From: Asterionella formosa
Taxonomy: Eukaryota
Reading direction: 5' to 3'
NCBI GenBank assembly: GCA_002256025.1
Contig: NKIB01008526.1
Location: 1-64,000 of the forward strand
DNA length: 64,000 nt
A model generated the notes under the pieces. It ran no database searches, was not told the DNA's origin, and worked only from the letters and a program-made list of their open reading frames with translations. Below, piece by piece: positions 62,751 to 64,000 of the stretch. Within the stretch, counting starts at the first letter, position 1; each line of letters begins with the position of its first letter. Made by a program: the position numbers and the translations under genes.

Positions 62751-62948
62751 TCAGGTGGGACCAAAAACTAACAAGCGAACGATGATAAAGATACAAGAAT
62801 ACAATAAATTATAATTATAATAAAGTGCAAAAATAATATAAATGATAATGATAATATAGTTTCACATACTAGTTAAGTTCCAGGACTCGTCCATCTCCAA
62901 ACGGAATTGTGCCCGGTTGCCAAGAAATTTGGTTTCGCCGTTCCTTTT

Positions 62949-63726
62949 TTATTGCAATAGAGTTTCCAAAACTTTCAAAATTGCAAATGGTCCACATGAC
63001 CATCCGCTATCATCTTCTGGTTGAAATATCATGGAATCATGTTCAGTGGCTATAAGGATCTGCAATGGTGCTTTGGTGCCAGTATAGAAAGATTCGGATA
63101 AACCAATTTCTTCAGGTGTATGGGATTCTTGTGGAAGATATCCTGTATCGGTGCATAGCAGTTCCAATTCCTTGGTGCATCCAGGGATGATGCAGTACGT
63201 ACGGGCAAGGTGAAATACTTGATCATAATGTTCATCCAAACTTGCATCTTTTCCTCGATCACGGACTTGACATAATCCATCATTTATAGCAAAAAGATAA
63301 TGCACAAAATGGTTGTTTTCCTCCTCATCTGATCGTTTGCAATAAACAATTAGCACATACAGTAGTTACTGTCATGATGAAGTGGATGACAATCACCTTG
63401 GTATGTATGCGGTTTGTTATTACCCTTTTCTGGGTTCTCATCCAGCCAGATCAAAAAAAACCTTTACATGATCATCAGTTAGATGAAGTTAATGAATTAC
63501 ATAATGGATCATAGAGCGAGGTAATTGTTTCAAGGTCCCAATATGCAAGATCTTTAAAATCTGAAAGATGATTTTTTGATACCTTTGACTCCATAAAATA
63601 CAGAGGTGTAATTGCATATTTCTGTGGGGTATGCGTGTACAATTCTTTCCGCAATTTTAGTCGTCCATGCGTTTTCGGCAAACTAAAGGAAAATGCAGTT
63701 TGCTTTGGGATAATAACTTTACACAT
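62949..63726 (-). pseudogene. Ulp1-like (peptidase C48) cysteine protease remnant
   Basis: NNHF His motif and QPEDDSGWSCGPF Cys motif; frameshifted. Confidence 0.55.
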
Positions 63727-64000
63727 TTCACATGCTGACTCTTCATAAAAGTAGCTAGCTGGCTTCGGGATTGTTCTTAATGATTTTACAAAGAAATTTT
63801 AATCTTTTTCTTCCATGTATGATTTGGTAAAAGATTCAATTTTGTGCTTCAAACTTTGTTCCCGACTCAGTGCATCAACTGCCTTAGCCAGCATCACATC
63901 TCTGTCAGCATTGATCTTCTTGAATTCGAGGTCTTAATCTAGCGCAGAATTTTTTTCTTGAATATCTTTTCTTTTAGAAATGCAATAGTTTCTCTGCTTT

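Overview
Eukaryotic nuclear DNA with GT-AG introns, most likely from a TE-rich diatom (inferred from CoDi-like copia proteins and a stand-alone GltD with a mitochondrial-type presequence). Eight protein-coding genes sit in small islands: a CABLES-like cyclin-box protein, a ~1764-aa SET/Tudor/KH/cyclin/CDK-like fusion, a NAGPA-like phosphodiester glycosidase, a hypothetical protein, SEC11, enoyl-CoA hydratase, an ICME-like alpha/beta hydrolase and glutamate synthase small subunit. Between them lie decayed TEs: a full-length Ty1/copia element with LTRs and TSD, a truncated copia abutting a pogo-like DDE remnant, an internally deleted gypsy-like element, RNase H-bearing LINE fragments, tRNA-derived SINEs, a Plavaka/CACTA-like transposase with a Ulp1 remnant, a fold-back repeat cluster and minisatellites. 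Most notable are (1) one ORF fusing a Set2/ASH1-type methyltransferase to a transcriptional-type cyclin and a probably inactive CDK, (2) a copia whose primer-binding site is complementary to its own LTR, and (3) a 306-bp poly(A)-tailed, TSD-flanked structured insert whose empty site is visible in sister repeats. All calls come from reading motifs by eye; no database searches were run.
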